NCBI GenBank assembly: GCA_010909165.1
Contig: VJWM01000126.1
Coordinates: 769,703-833,702 of the forward strand
Source: Anthoceros angustus
Taxonomy: Eukaryota; Plantae; Anthocerotophyta
DNA: 64,000 nucleotides
Direction of reading: 5' to 3'
Made by a program: the position numbers and the translations under genes. Position 1 is the stretch's first letter; every line of letters starts with the position of its first letter. Under the pieces are notes generated by a model. That model was not told the origin of the DNA. It saw only the letters and a program-made list of their open reading frames with translations, and ran no database searches. Positions 38,421 to 49,134 of the stretch are shown piece by piece.

Positions 38421-40819
38421 TCCTCATAGGCTGTCTTCAAGAAAATATATTTAGCGCCTCAGTTGCAACTTGGGATTGTTGGTCAAGTGTTTGGGAAATA
38501 AGTAGTAATGAATAGGTTGTGTTCAAACCCCTATCTTCCTAACAACTCAATTTTGTTGATTTTAAGGATGCTTGCATGGGCGCATGGGCAACTAACTTTG
38601 TTCATTTAAGGACGCTTGGCATTGCCTTAAAGCCCAAGTGGTTGCATTGAGTGCGGAAGGTTGAAGACCACGGCGACCTTTTGGATGAGGTCGTGACCCT
38701 AGATCTTTGTGTGGCGATCGACACCGGTGGGCCCAAGAATGATACTATTGAAGGCAGCAAGCAATGGAGGAGAACGACAACTTTGAGGCGGAGGATATGG
38801 ACCGACTCTAGAATATGGCGGTGGTACTTGACTCAGTTTCGGCGCAAGGCATGGATGAGTCGTTAGGCCGCACTCTTGAATGACTATTGTCGATGTTGAT
38901 GACCACTTCCTCCTTTAGCAGTTGTTTGTTGCAATGTTCTCACGACCATTGAAATAAGACTCCCGCAAGTACACGATTGTTTTCATTGTGTTCCACCACT
39001 TGAAAGTAAAAGTTCTTGGTTGTAATAAACATATGAAAATGGCAGCCCTCTATGCATTCTACAAAAACGCAGACGGGCCCACACCCTACTGTGCTCTAGT
39101 TCTTGGGTGTAGACTTGAAAGTGCGTCTTTTATCAAAGGTATGACCTCAGAAAGGGTGTGCACATTATCAAAGTAGGGCACATATGTCAGTTTCTAGGAA
39201 AGGTGTTCTTCGTGACAAGGGGTGTTGCTCTCAAGTCAGATATCCCCTTCAAAATTATCGTGTTCGAGATCCTTCATCTAATTCTTTATTAAGGTCCTTT
39301 AATCTTGTTAACTAGTTCAATATTGTTGCTGAATAACTAAGTCATCAACATATAGTGCAACCAAGACAAGGGAGTCGTCCTGTGAAGTACATAGATATTG
39401 GTGTATGCTTCACTTTGGATAAACCTATCTTCTTGAGGTAAGAGTCCATTCTCTCATACCATAAGCGTGGGCTTTGCTTTAGTCCGAATAGAACGAATAA
39501 GTTTACACACCTTGTTTGGGTATTGCTCATCTTCATAGTCTTCGTTGATCCATATAGATCTCTTCTGCAGATGACCATGAAAGACAAACAAACATCAAGG
39601 CGATAAATTTCCAGTTAAGCTCGGCACATAAAGCCGGAGCATTCTCACAAGCAATTTTTGACTACTGTGTGAATAAACCTTATCGCCTGATAGTCCACTC
39701 CCTCTTTGACTATAACCCTTAGCCACTAGTCTCGCCTTATAGCGAATACGAGGTTCAACCTCACGGAATTTAGTTTGAGAACCCACTTGCATTTTGACAA
39801 AAGAGTTCGCTTTCGCAAGTTTACTAGAGTCCAAGTATTGTTTTTGATAAGAGAATTATATTCATCATCAATAGCAAACTTCCACTTAGCCGCATCAGTC
39901 GCGAATATGCCTCTTGTAGAGTGAGAGGATCTCCTCAAGGCAACATCAAGGCGTTGAAATGACCTGCAGCAGTGGTGGTGTAGCCAGCTTGATTGAACTC
40001 TAAATCAAAGGGGATCTCATTCCAGAGGTGTCTCGGTTGACGATGACGCGAAGGATACCTTTGCTCAGGGGCTGGATCAAGTGTTACGGGAGAAGGTGGA
40101 GCAGGAACTGTCTCTGGGTCTTGTGGATTAAGAGGAGCAGAGTCGTTTCTGTTTTCATAAGGATCAACAATGGCCTGTTCATCTTCCCCCTCTCGAGCAG
40201 GAACTATAGGGATAGGTGCTGCTTGAGGTGAAGAGGCCAGGGATGGAGCAGAAGTTGCAGGACCAGTGAGATCATGATTTCCTTTCATTACTTGTTTCTA
40301 TAAACTGCAGCAAGGAAGTGTCAAGGCGTCGGCCACCACACCAAGAAAGCCCTTTTTGTTTTATGGATTGTTGAATCTTAAGTTTTCCGAGGCAAATGGT
40401 TTTTAACAGGGTGCTGTTGATGGTGGATTCGCCACAATTGTGCATTTAACATCAAATTTGTGAAGGGGGTGAATAATCTCGAAGGGGGTTTTCGGTAAAT
40501 AATCTATGAAGGGGGTTTTCGATGGGCCCTGAAACAGCGTTTTTAAGGCATTCCGGAAAACATCTTCGAAAAAAAGGGTGTCACCTATTAAAGTTCCTAC
40601 TTTCCATCCAGCAATATTTCTGTAGAATGGTGGTCGCAAACTCAAACCTATGGGATTAATGCAAAGTAGGAACGGTAAGGAAGGCGGTTCCTTCCGGGAA
40701 GGGACGATCAGAATTCGCTTTGGGAGGAAAATGTGGTTTAGTAAGGACACAACAAAAGCCACACGTGGTATTTCCAAAACACATATCCGGAACTACGCAT
40801 AACATTCACTGGGATCCCG

Positions 40820-41612
40820 GTCAAATCGTGATTTCAATTTCACTCATCACCGAGTTCAATCCTTCGTCATCACTTGGTCCAAATTTCCAAAGATTGTCAT
40901 CACTATCTTCACGCACTTTGACTCAGTCGTATGAAGCCGCCGCAACTCGCAGAGCTTATCCCTTATCGCTTTTTGTCCACCGACACACATGTTTCCGCAT
41001 GCTCAACACAAACCCATAATACAAGATGGTCGCTTCATTCACAAACACTTCCTATATGTTTTTGGGTAATGGACCTTATTCCTTTTTCAAGATCGCACTA
41101 TGGGTTAGCACACTGACCATGTATTCCTACACATATCTCCTTCATACGCATCTGTGCTCGATCCGATACCATCGGATAAGAAAGTGAGGTCGTGGTCTCT
41201 AGCTTCACAATGACTCTCCCCAATCCGTAATGGCCTTATGCGTGTCCATAGTGCACGGCACCGCTGTAAACATCCTCTCGATTTCCATTATGTCTCCATT
41301 CATCCACGCCATTCTCACTTTGCCTTCCGGCATTTTGATATCCTCCCAAGTACATATCACGTGGGAGGTCCCTCAATAATGCCTCATCCAACAAAGCTTC
41401 ATCCGCACTTGAAGTGGTCAGGCTGTATGATCCACTTCTGCACGTGAAAACCACTTCCAAGGACGCTGTAGCACTAGCCCAATGTTATTCTCCACAATGA
41501 TAGCACTCTCCTTGCGGTCCACCCAAAAGGCTTCCCACCACTTGTACTCTTCAACAGTCACCTATGGACGCAAATCTTTTGACCCTTCCTGCAAATGGGC
41601 CACACCTTCCAT
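40820..41612 (-). pseudogene. ORF X (unknown protein), copy 2
   Basis: MEGVAHLQEG...EEYKWWEAFWVDRKE...TILYYGF...VDKKAIRDKL.ELR.FI..SQSA.EDSDD reconstructed across frameshifts. Confidence 0.55.
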
Positions 41613-42350
41613 CGGTGATAGGATACCCGCTGCCTCTCTTGTCCCCTAGCACACCTGCCCATGGGCGCCGCCGACCGGCGCCTCCCTTAGCACCACCCAT
41701 GTGAGGACGGCCGGCCGCCGCGCCTCCCCTAGCACACCCCATGGGCCGGCCGGCCGGCGCCCCTAGCACACCGCCCATGGGCGCCGCCAACCGGCCCCAA
41801 CAGCCCCCGCCCATGCCGGGCGCCCCCAACACGCCATGCCGCCTGTGGCGCCCGCCCGCCGGCCGCCTCCCCTAGCACACCCGCCCATGGGCCGGCCGCC
41901 TCCCCTAGCACACCGCCCATGGGCGCCGGCCGGCCTCCCCTAGCACACCTGCCCATGGCGCCGTCCGGCGCCTCCCCAGCACCGCCATGGGCGCCGGCCG
42001 GCCGGGCGCCTCCCCTAGCACCTGCCCATGGGCGCCGGCCGGCCGGCGCCCAACACGCCCGCCCGCCCATGCCGCTGGCGCCGCCCCCAACACGCCATGC
42101 CCACGATATGCGGCCGACCGGCCGCCCCTAGCACACCCCCTATCTATGGGCGCCGGCCGCCCCTAGCACACCTGCCTATCTATGGGCGCCGGCCGGCCGG
42201 CGCCCTCCCCATGGGCTCCTCATAGGGGTCCTGAAGAAAATAAATTCTTAGGAGCTATCAACTTGGAAATGGTGGTCAAGTTATTGTTGTTGTTGTTGGT
42301 TGGGGAAAAGGAGTAGTAATGAGGAGGTTTAAAGTTCGATTCCTACATCT

Positions 42351-44594
42351 AACGCGATATCTTTTAAAGGGGGTGAATATTCACGAAGGGGTTTTCTGAA
42401 ATATATCTCTTGAAGGGGGTTTGACATGGGTCTTGAACTGGTGGTTTTTGAGCTATGAATGAATGTAAGGCAGAAAAGAAGGGTGGAAATTCCTATGAAC
42501 CAGTGATACAAGGTCCATTTCATGCCAGCGAAGGGTTATGGTGCAAGAGGTAACCCTATTTGGGGTGCATTTAAGACCCATGACAAGGGCCATTGCCGCC
42601 ATCGCGGGTCTTTCGCACAACAACCCTAAAGATTCGTAAAAAGCATGATGATCAAAATTGGATGAGAGGCGAACTCACCGATGGCCGGGGAGCAAAGCAT
42701 GTCTGAGGAGTAGGGCGCCGGCCGGCCGGCCGCTTTCCCGCATTGCGATGATGCCTTAAAGGCGGAGTAGCAGCCCATAGCGGGATGTGTGTACAAAAGA
42801 CTTTGGGTGTGGGTGGCTTCGACACACCCTCAATTGTGCCCGCAAATATAATCACATGGTTCACCCCAGCATCGCAATCGATGAATGAAGAAAAGTGTGG
42901 GCAACCGTTCCCGCCAACATATCGCAGAAAAACATGCAGGCTCATCGTGTGTTGCCCGTTAGTATGCCGCAATGCCGAGCGCAACTACCACCCCCACATG
43001 TCCTTCCGCATGTAATGGAAAAAGGCTTGAACATTGGAAGTTATTAAGCATGGGAAGTCTAAACGGCACAGAGAACAGCCACAACCAAATTCCTATCATG
43101 GGCCTAGACTCTTTTCGAAATATGTAGCTTGAAAATGTGCACTCCAAACTACTGTGAATTGAGCTTCACGCATAACCTCACCAATTGCCCGTTGAAGATG
43201 ACCTAACATTCGTGAGGGTTTCCTACTCTTCGCCAGACTCCACGCCATCATCTTCTGGGCACATCATGACCATCATCTTCACTATCCTCGGTGGCACTTT
43301 GACTCACCGGTTGAATAAAGCCTCGCAATTCAATTAAGTTATTCTTGATTGCCTTCTTATCCACAGTACAAATGTTTCACTGTTGAACTCATAATAGAGG
43401 ATGACCGTTTGGTGAACAAAACCTCTACTTACACGATCTATTTCACGAAGCCTCAAAGTAATGCTATGCTTCACGCTTTGGCGGGTACTGAACATGCCCA
43501 TATATTCTTCGAGAACAAGCGCATATAGTACAAGATGAATGAATGAATGAAAATAGGTCCATAGGTGTTTTTGAAAATGTGTGCAACCATGGCATGAGAG
43601 GAGTTTCAATATACACATCCATAAAGAGAACGCCGACCGCTTCCCCCCAACAAGCCTTGTACATGGGCGCCGGCGCCTTCCCAACAAGCCTTGTACATGG
43701 GCGCCGGCGCCTTCCCCAACAAGCCTTGTACATGGGCGCCGGCGCCTTCCTCAAGCCTTGTACATGCCATTGATAAAATAAATAATTAGTGCTTCTAATG
43801 TGGTTCAACCTAGGATAGTTACTCAAGTGGTTTGGAAACAATATGTGCATGAATAGGTCATGGGTTCGAGTCCTGTAGAGGCATGAAAAACTTCTTGTTG
43901 ATTTTATGGGCGCATGGGCACGGCCATTTAAGGGCGCTAGCATGCCCCTCTATTGAGGCTGACTTGAGGTGTGCAGCATATATTCCACAACGGATCTATG
44001 GGTATGAGGTTTTGCCAGATGCCGACGAAGAATTGACATTAGAGGCCCACCGTAGAGGGCTTGCACTGGCAAAGGAGGTGTGTATCAACGAGAAGGACTC
44101 TTTGAAAGCGCAGTGGTTTCTTTGAATGCTCGTCGGTGAAGACCAAAGCGGGAGGACCGAACGAAGACTCAAGGGCTTTGAAAACGATAGCTTTGATGAA
44201 CGGAACGGAGCGGATTCAAAATTTGGTCATCGTGATGGATTCAGAGTCCGCTCTAGCACCCGATGAGTCACAAGTTAGTCATAGAGAGTAGGTTTACTGC
44301 TGTAGGCACCTAGATGTGCTTCTTCTCGTGTTCGTAATAACTTTTGGACCCGGTAGTGAGGCAATTGATGATCTCATTTTCCTCTTCCTCAAAACAAAGC
44401 GGCGGCGCCGGCCGGCGCCTTCCTTGATTTGTTGTCTTTGTGTGTTGGAAATGGGTTTTCATGATAACTACTCGTTGGAAAACGGTCGACCTTTCTTGAA
44501 AACGAGGCAAAGCATTTCGGACTGTGTGTGGAATGTGCTAAGAGGGTTTCTGATGTCAGTAAGGGAGACCCCTATTCTCGAAAGATATCGTGTT
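42351..44594 (+). mobile_element. AAC-TIR element copy 3 (divergent subfamily) nested in copy 2
   Basis: TIR AACGCGATATCTTT / AAAGATATCGTGTT (13 of 14 match); perfect 4-bp TSD ATCT (42347-42350, 44595-44598). Confidence 0.9.
43250..43530 (-). pseudogene. ORF X C-terminal homologue, copy 3
   Basis: EEYM...TVILYYEF..ETFV.VDKKAIKNNLIELRGFIQPVSQSATEDSEDD aligns to copy 2 at protein level. Confidence 0.55.
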
Positions 44595-44699
44595 ATCTTC
44601 TTGATAACTCAACTTTGTTGATTTTAAGGACGCTTGCATAGGCGCATGTGCAACCAACTTTGTTCATTTTAACGATGCTGGCATTGCCTTAAACCCCAA

Positions 44700-44960
44700 G
44701 TGGTTGCATTGAGTGCCAGAAGGTTGAAGACCACGATTGGCGAGCTTTTGGATGAGGGTGAGCAGACGCTAAACGTTGTGTGGCAGTCGACACCGTCCGA
44801 AGCTCAGCCCAAGAATTATAGTAATGAATATGAGCAAGCATTGGAGGAGAATGACAGCTTTGATGCAGAGGATATGGACCGCCTTCGGAATTTGATGGTG
44901 GTCCTTGACTTAGTATCGGCGCAAGGCATAGACGAGTCGCTCGGCCGTACTCTTGAATGA
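44700..44960 (+). CDS. ORF Y (acidic unknown protein of about 90 aa), copy 2; homologues at 35792-36060(-), 38620-38883(+), 43942-44291(+)
   Basis: ENDSFDAEDMDRLRNLMVVLDLVSAQGIDESLGRTLE*; other copies keep the amino acids with synonymous codon changes. Confidence 0.55.
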   Translation: MVALSARRLKTTIGELLDEGEQTLNVVWQSTPSEAQPKNYSNEYEQALEENDSFDAEDMDRLRNLMVVLDLVSAQGIDESLGRTLE

Positions 44961-45374
44961 CTATTGTCAATGCTGATGACCACTTCCTCCTTTAGCAGTT
45001 GTTTGTTGAAATGTTCTCACGAGCACTGAAATAAGACTCCCGCTAATACAGGATTGTTTTCATTGTGTTCCACCACTTGAAAGTAAAAGTTTTCGGTTGT
45101 AATAAACATATGAAAATGACAACCCTCTATGCATTCTACTAAAACGCAGACAGGCCCACACCCTACTGTGCTCTAGTTCTAGAGTGTAGACTTGAAAGTG
45201 CGTTATTTATCAAAGGTATGGGCTCAAAAAGGGTGTGCGCATTATCAAAGTAGGGCAGATATGCTGTTGCAAGAAGGGTGTACATCGTGACAAGGGGGTG
45301 CTGTCTCGACCGAAGGGGGTTACTATATTCCCCCCCTTAAAAAATTATCATGTTATTTCCGGAACGGTGTCTTT

Positions 45375-45443
45375 TTTGTAAAGGGGGTTTCGAAATTGTG
45401 GAAGGGGGTTCGTATATTAACCCCCTTCCAGGATTATCATATT
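45375..45443 (+). mobile_element. Orphan right end of an older related element
   Basis: AAGGGGG...GAAGGGGGT...CCCCCTT...ATTATCATATT has the same architecture as the copy-2 right end. Confidence 0.55.
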
Positions 45444-45629
45444 GGCTCCTCTTGAGTGTCATTCGAATCGTAGTCTATCGAGGTGGATTGTGAAATGGAA
45501 GCGGAGTAGCCTGAGGACATGTAATCCTCAGGGGAAACTTTTCTCTCCCCCAACTTGCTCACAGACCCTATACAACAAGACATGAAGACAGTCAGCGATG
45601 TTCAGAAACAGTGGGAGCTAATTGGCAAA

Positions 45630-46259
45630 CTATGGAGAATGGTCAGTGTGCTTACGATAATAGCTAACGACATGGTAAAGGAACTCTCCGCAATTGCATA
45701 CTTGGGTTCTCTTCATGACTATACCAGTTTTGCGGCAGCGATACCATAGGGGGGAGTTTGGACAGGCAATCGACCCCAACGTCACAATCATGGTGTCTCT
45801 AATCAGGCTCCCACGAGGGAACTTCACTGGCAGGTCAGGTTTCTCCTCTCCTTTCTCACACATGGCAACGAGACCAGAAAAGGAATACTCTAACAGTAGC
45901 TGGTGGACAAAAGACACATGATTAGTATATGCAGCAGCGCTCGGCTTGGAAGAAAAACCCATGTTTGATGCCGGAGCGCCAGCAGCAGCCGTAGTAGTAG
46001 CAGTAGACGCCGCCTCCACCTTCCTTCCAGCAGCAGCAGCAGCCGTAGATGCTGCCTCCACTTTCCTTGCAGCTAACATAGCCCTTGTTGTGCCCCGAGG
46101 GCGGCCACGACCTCTCTTAACTGGTGCTGAGCTTGATGGCGCCTCAATCTTTCTCGCAGATGAGGCAATTGTCCTAGAAATCTTCTTTCCGGCAAAGCGG
46201 CCCTTGCTATCTCTTAGGTAACGGCGAGCGGCCCTCACCTCCTCAGAGGAAGAAGCCAT
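45630..46259 (-). CDS. AT-hook-containing basic protein or exon, probably TE-associated
   Basis: Uninterrupted ORF with RDSKGRF, AT-hook KRGRGRPRG and an RK(I/V)EA repeat x3; the 3' end may be spliced. Confidence 0.45.
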   Translation of the reverse strand: MASSSEEVRAARRYLRDSKGRFAGKKISRTIASSARKIEAPSSSAPVKRGRGRPRGTTRAMLAARKVEAASTAAAAAGRKVEAASTATTTAAAGAPASNMGFSSKPSAAAYTNHVSFVHQLLLEYSFSGLVAMCEKGEEKPDLPVKFPRGSLIRDTMIVTLGSIACPNSPLWYRCRKTGIVMKRTQVCNCGEFLYHVVSYYRKHTDHSP

Positions 46260-46746
46260 GTTGATCAGCTTATGTTCAAGCAGCTCTCTAACAAGGATGC
46301 TGAGCGTAAAAAGGGTGAACAACGTTGTCGCGCACCTGGTCTCCAATGGCTTTTGGGCTGCGCGGTCCATAAAGTGCCGAGCGTAAGAGTTTCAAGGCAT
46401 GCCAGTAGAAACAAGGCACTGGCCGAGAGTCGCAGATTCGCATCACCTGGAGCAAAGGACTGGAGTCGGTAGTTTGACGGAAATAAATCTCCAAATGATC
46501 AACAAGTGGGAGAAAGTATAGTGTGTTGAGCATTTACGTGAATTAGGTTGCAATAATCAACATACATAATCATAAGGGTAGCTGAAAATGTTAGTAAGTA
46601 CTGCTCATTAGGGTTGTGTCTCATCATAACCGTCATGTCGCTTTTTAAGTTCCAGTTTAAGTAATGTCTTTTCATAATAAGCACTTAAGCCTTTTTCTTG
46701 ATATACAATGATATATGTCATTACTAAATGAGTAATTGATCTACAC

Positions 46747-47400
46747 TTATTCCTCTAATTTGTTACATTGGTGCTCGTCCGTCACCTGTCGGCTCAGGAT
46801 TCCCATCTCCCTCTCGAGCCGTCCTGGGAGTTCCATCAAGTGGGTGGCATCGGCAAGCTCCCTCTTGAGCTCTTCGATGTCCAACTCCTTGCTCCGCTGG
46901 TGGCTTTCCTCCACCCTAAGGCAGAGTTGGAATCGTTCCACCTCCTGCTCGTGGTCCCCAATCCGACCTTGGAGGATCCCGTTCCTCTCCTCCACCACAC
47001 GGAGTTGTAGCTCCAGGGTCTCCTTCTGGCCTTCTACCAGTTTGTGTGCCTCCTCCACCTCCTGGAGCTGCGTCTGGAGGTTTCCCATCTCCTACCGCCT
47101 TGCATCTCCGCCTGCGGCCGTGGTTCGTCCAAGTCGCCCGCCTCCTCCTTCAGCGAGTTGTGGTCGCTCCGCTCCCTCCAGCCGGGTTCCGTCCCACTAG
47201 TGGTCCCACTCCACCTTGGCGTTTGCTTTTACTTCCTTTGCTCCTTTCAGCTGAGCCTCCAGAGCTTGGCTCTCTTCGTGCGGCCTCTACCAAGTCCCAA
47301 GGCCCTCCTCTCCGACGCTCGACATCCGCCGCCTCGCCTCCCTTTGGCCGACTCAAGGCTTCGTATTCGATCCTCGTGCGTGCTAATGCTTACACAAATG
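46747..47400 (-). pseudogene. Coiled-coil protein fragment
   Basis: E/Q/R/L-rich heptad-like ORF 46747-47088 with a frameshifted upstream continuation. Confidence 0.35.
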
Positions 47401-49134
47401 AAGCACTGCCCGATCCTGGGCGGACCTCGCCTCACTCTGTAGACCCAGCTAGGCATGAAGAAATGGCAAGTGCAAATGACTATGCACTGTCCTTTCTTGC
47501 AACAACGTAAGCGTAGGCTTTCTCCCTAGTCTCACCGATCCTTACTTTATGTGGCCATGTGCACGTCTCTTGATCTTACCCTTGTTGTTGCATTCCATAG
47601 GCCCCAGCCTATTGCAAATCTTCAAAGGAAAGTGTCTTGTAGACGTGTTTTCTCCGGTCATTAAGGAAATAATTCAGGACCTGCAGGGATGGTAAGTCTG
47701 CAGAGCTGATTCAATCACATCTCCACCATTCAAGATGTGACAATGCATGTCATGCTATTGCAGCTATTGGACACCCTCTCATTGATGATGTGCCATTCTT
47801 TACAATTGTTTGCAGAGTGATCGTGAGTTTGCATAATCATTTGCACACTCAAGGTGGAGATCTTTGAGTTGGGGTCCCTCTCGCATCAAATATGTGTGTG
47901 CCCGAGGTCCTCTTTCCTATCTTGCTGTAGGATCCAGTCCTGTCAGTTTGACTCGGTTTTCTTAGGAAGTCAAAAGGCGAGGAGTGGGGGCAGAAGACAT
48001 CCAAGGTGCAATGAAGAAGGTATTTGAAAGTGCAAACTTTGAAGATGGAGCAGTAGGAGATAACGAGGACATGGAAGTTAGTAATTGGAGCATGACTAGC
48101 CAGGCCAAACATCATCTTCTGAAACAAGCTCAACGCCAGTGGCAAAAAGCTAGCCCAAATGTAACACATGAAGCACGAAAACGGTGAATGGTTGGCTGGC
48201 CATGGGTGGCCAGTTATTACAGATGTTTTGCAATCTTGTGGTGAGTAGCTTGAGGTGGAGTGGGATGAGTGAAAGATACGTATGTGGTTTGATGCGTAGC
48301 CACACTAAACCTTGTTGTCCAACTTTGTAGCTGAAACTTCGCTTGTGTTTATTTTGTGTCTTACGTGAGCGATTCTGTGCTGCTTGGAGCTTCTCCTTGG
48401 CGAGCTTTAACTCACGCTAGATGTCTTCGGCCACCTCTGCTGCGACATCTCCATTTTTCATTGCTATCACCAGCCTGTGACTTGCTTCTCTGGGTCGGTA
48501 CGTACCTTCACTAGAATGTAATTGCCCAATGCATGTTTAAACAAACATATCCAAGCTTGTGATAAGTGATCAAATTTTTGTTTCTTGTCAAATTATTCAT
48601 TTTTTGGAACCAGTTTACTACTCCAACAACCCACTTAATTCAAAATTCTTAAAGATTAGTTCACGAGTTTTATGCATTCCCTTGCTAACCTTGTGCATGC
48701 ATTTTGTGAAAACAGCTGTCAAAATTTGTCTCTATGAATGGATAAGATATCATCAACACTTTTCAGACTCAACAATGAAAGCTCCTCTCACAACTTGGAC
48801 TCTTCCATGAAGTCGAGAAGCTCCTAACATGTTATAAATACAGTGCAAGACGAGATTGTGTAAATTATAATTAATATCATAATATTAATATTAATCCACC
48901 CTCGGTAATCTTGTGAAAATTATCGAAGCTATTTCATACCACAAGCTCTATATATATGGGATGGTCTCATTAAATATATCAGATGAGTCACTTGTGCTAG
49001 AGGTAAGTGGGTTGTGGTTTAAACATGGGTTGTTGTTTAAATGCTCCGATATTTCCTACTCCCTAGAATTGATGATTTGGTGAATCCGATCCATGAGGTC
49101 ATGTTCTGATTGAAAATTTAAGTCTCCAAGCACC

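Larger units (their letters stand above)
36871..39264 (+). mobile_element. AAC-TIR element copy 1 (left end, ORF X on minus, GC array, ORF Y on plus, right end)
   Basis: TIRs AACACGATAATTTTTGAAGGGG / CCCCTTCAAAATTATCGTGTT; inserted in Copia RT; flanks GCAG/CGAG (TSD imperfect). Confidence 0.85.
36540..40300 (-). mobile_element. Ty1/Copia RT fragment split by AAC-TIR copy 1 (36540-36870 and 39265-40300)
   Basis: KWKFAIDDEYNSLIKNNTWTLV, RYKARLVAKGYSQ, GLKQSPRLWY, LYVDDL...MKDL | AVKYIL...EKKEMENIPY; the reading continues across the 36871-39264 insertion. Confidence 0.85.
40448..45354 (+). mobile_element. AAC-TIR element copy 2 (contains copy 3)
   Basis: Termini AACATCAAATTTGTGAAGGGGG / CCCCCTTAAAAAATTATCATGTT; perfect 4-bp TSD ATTT (40444-40447, 45355-45358); collinear with copy 1 once 42351-44594 is removed. 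Confidence 0.88.

Noticed and set aside
39261-40451. Alternative reading as a TGTT...AACA (LTR- or Ginger-like) element between TIR copies
   Set aside because: Perfect TSDs (ATTT, ATCT) and the split Copia RT support AAC...GTT as the true termini.
38030-43765. CRISPR-like appearance of the GC arrays
   Set aside because: Units are degenerate tandem repeats without unique spacers; no cas genes; eukaryotic context.
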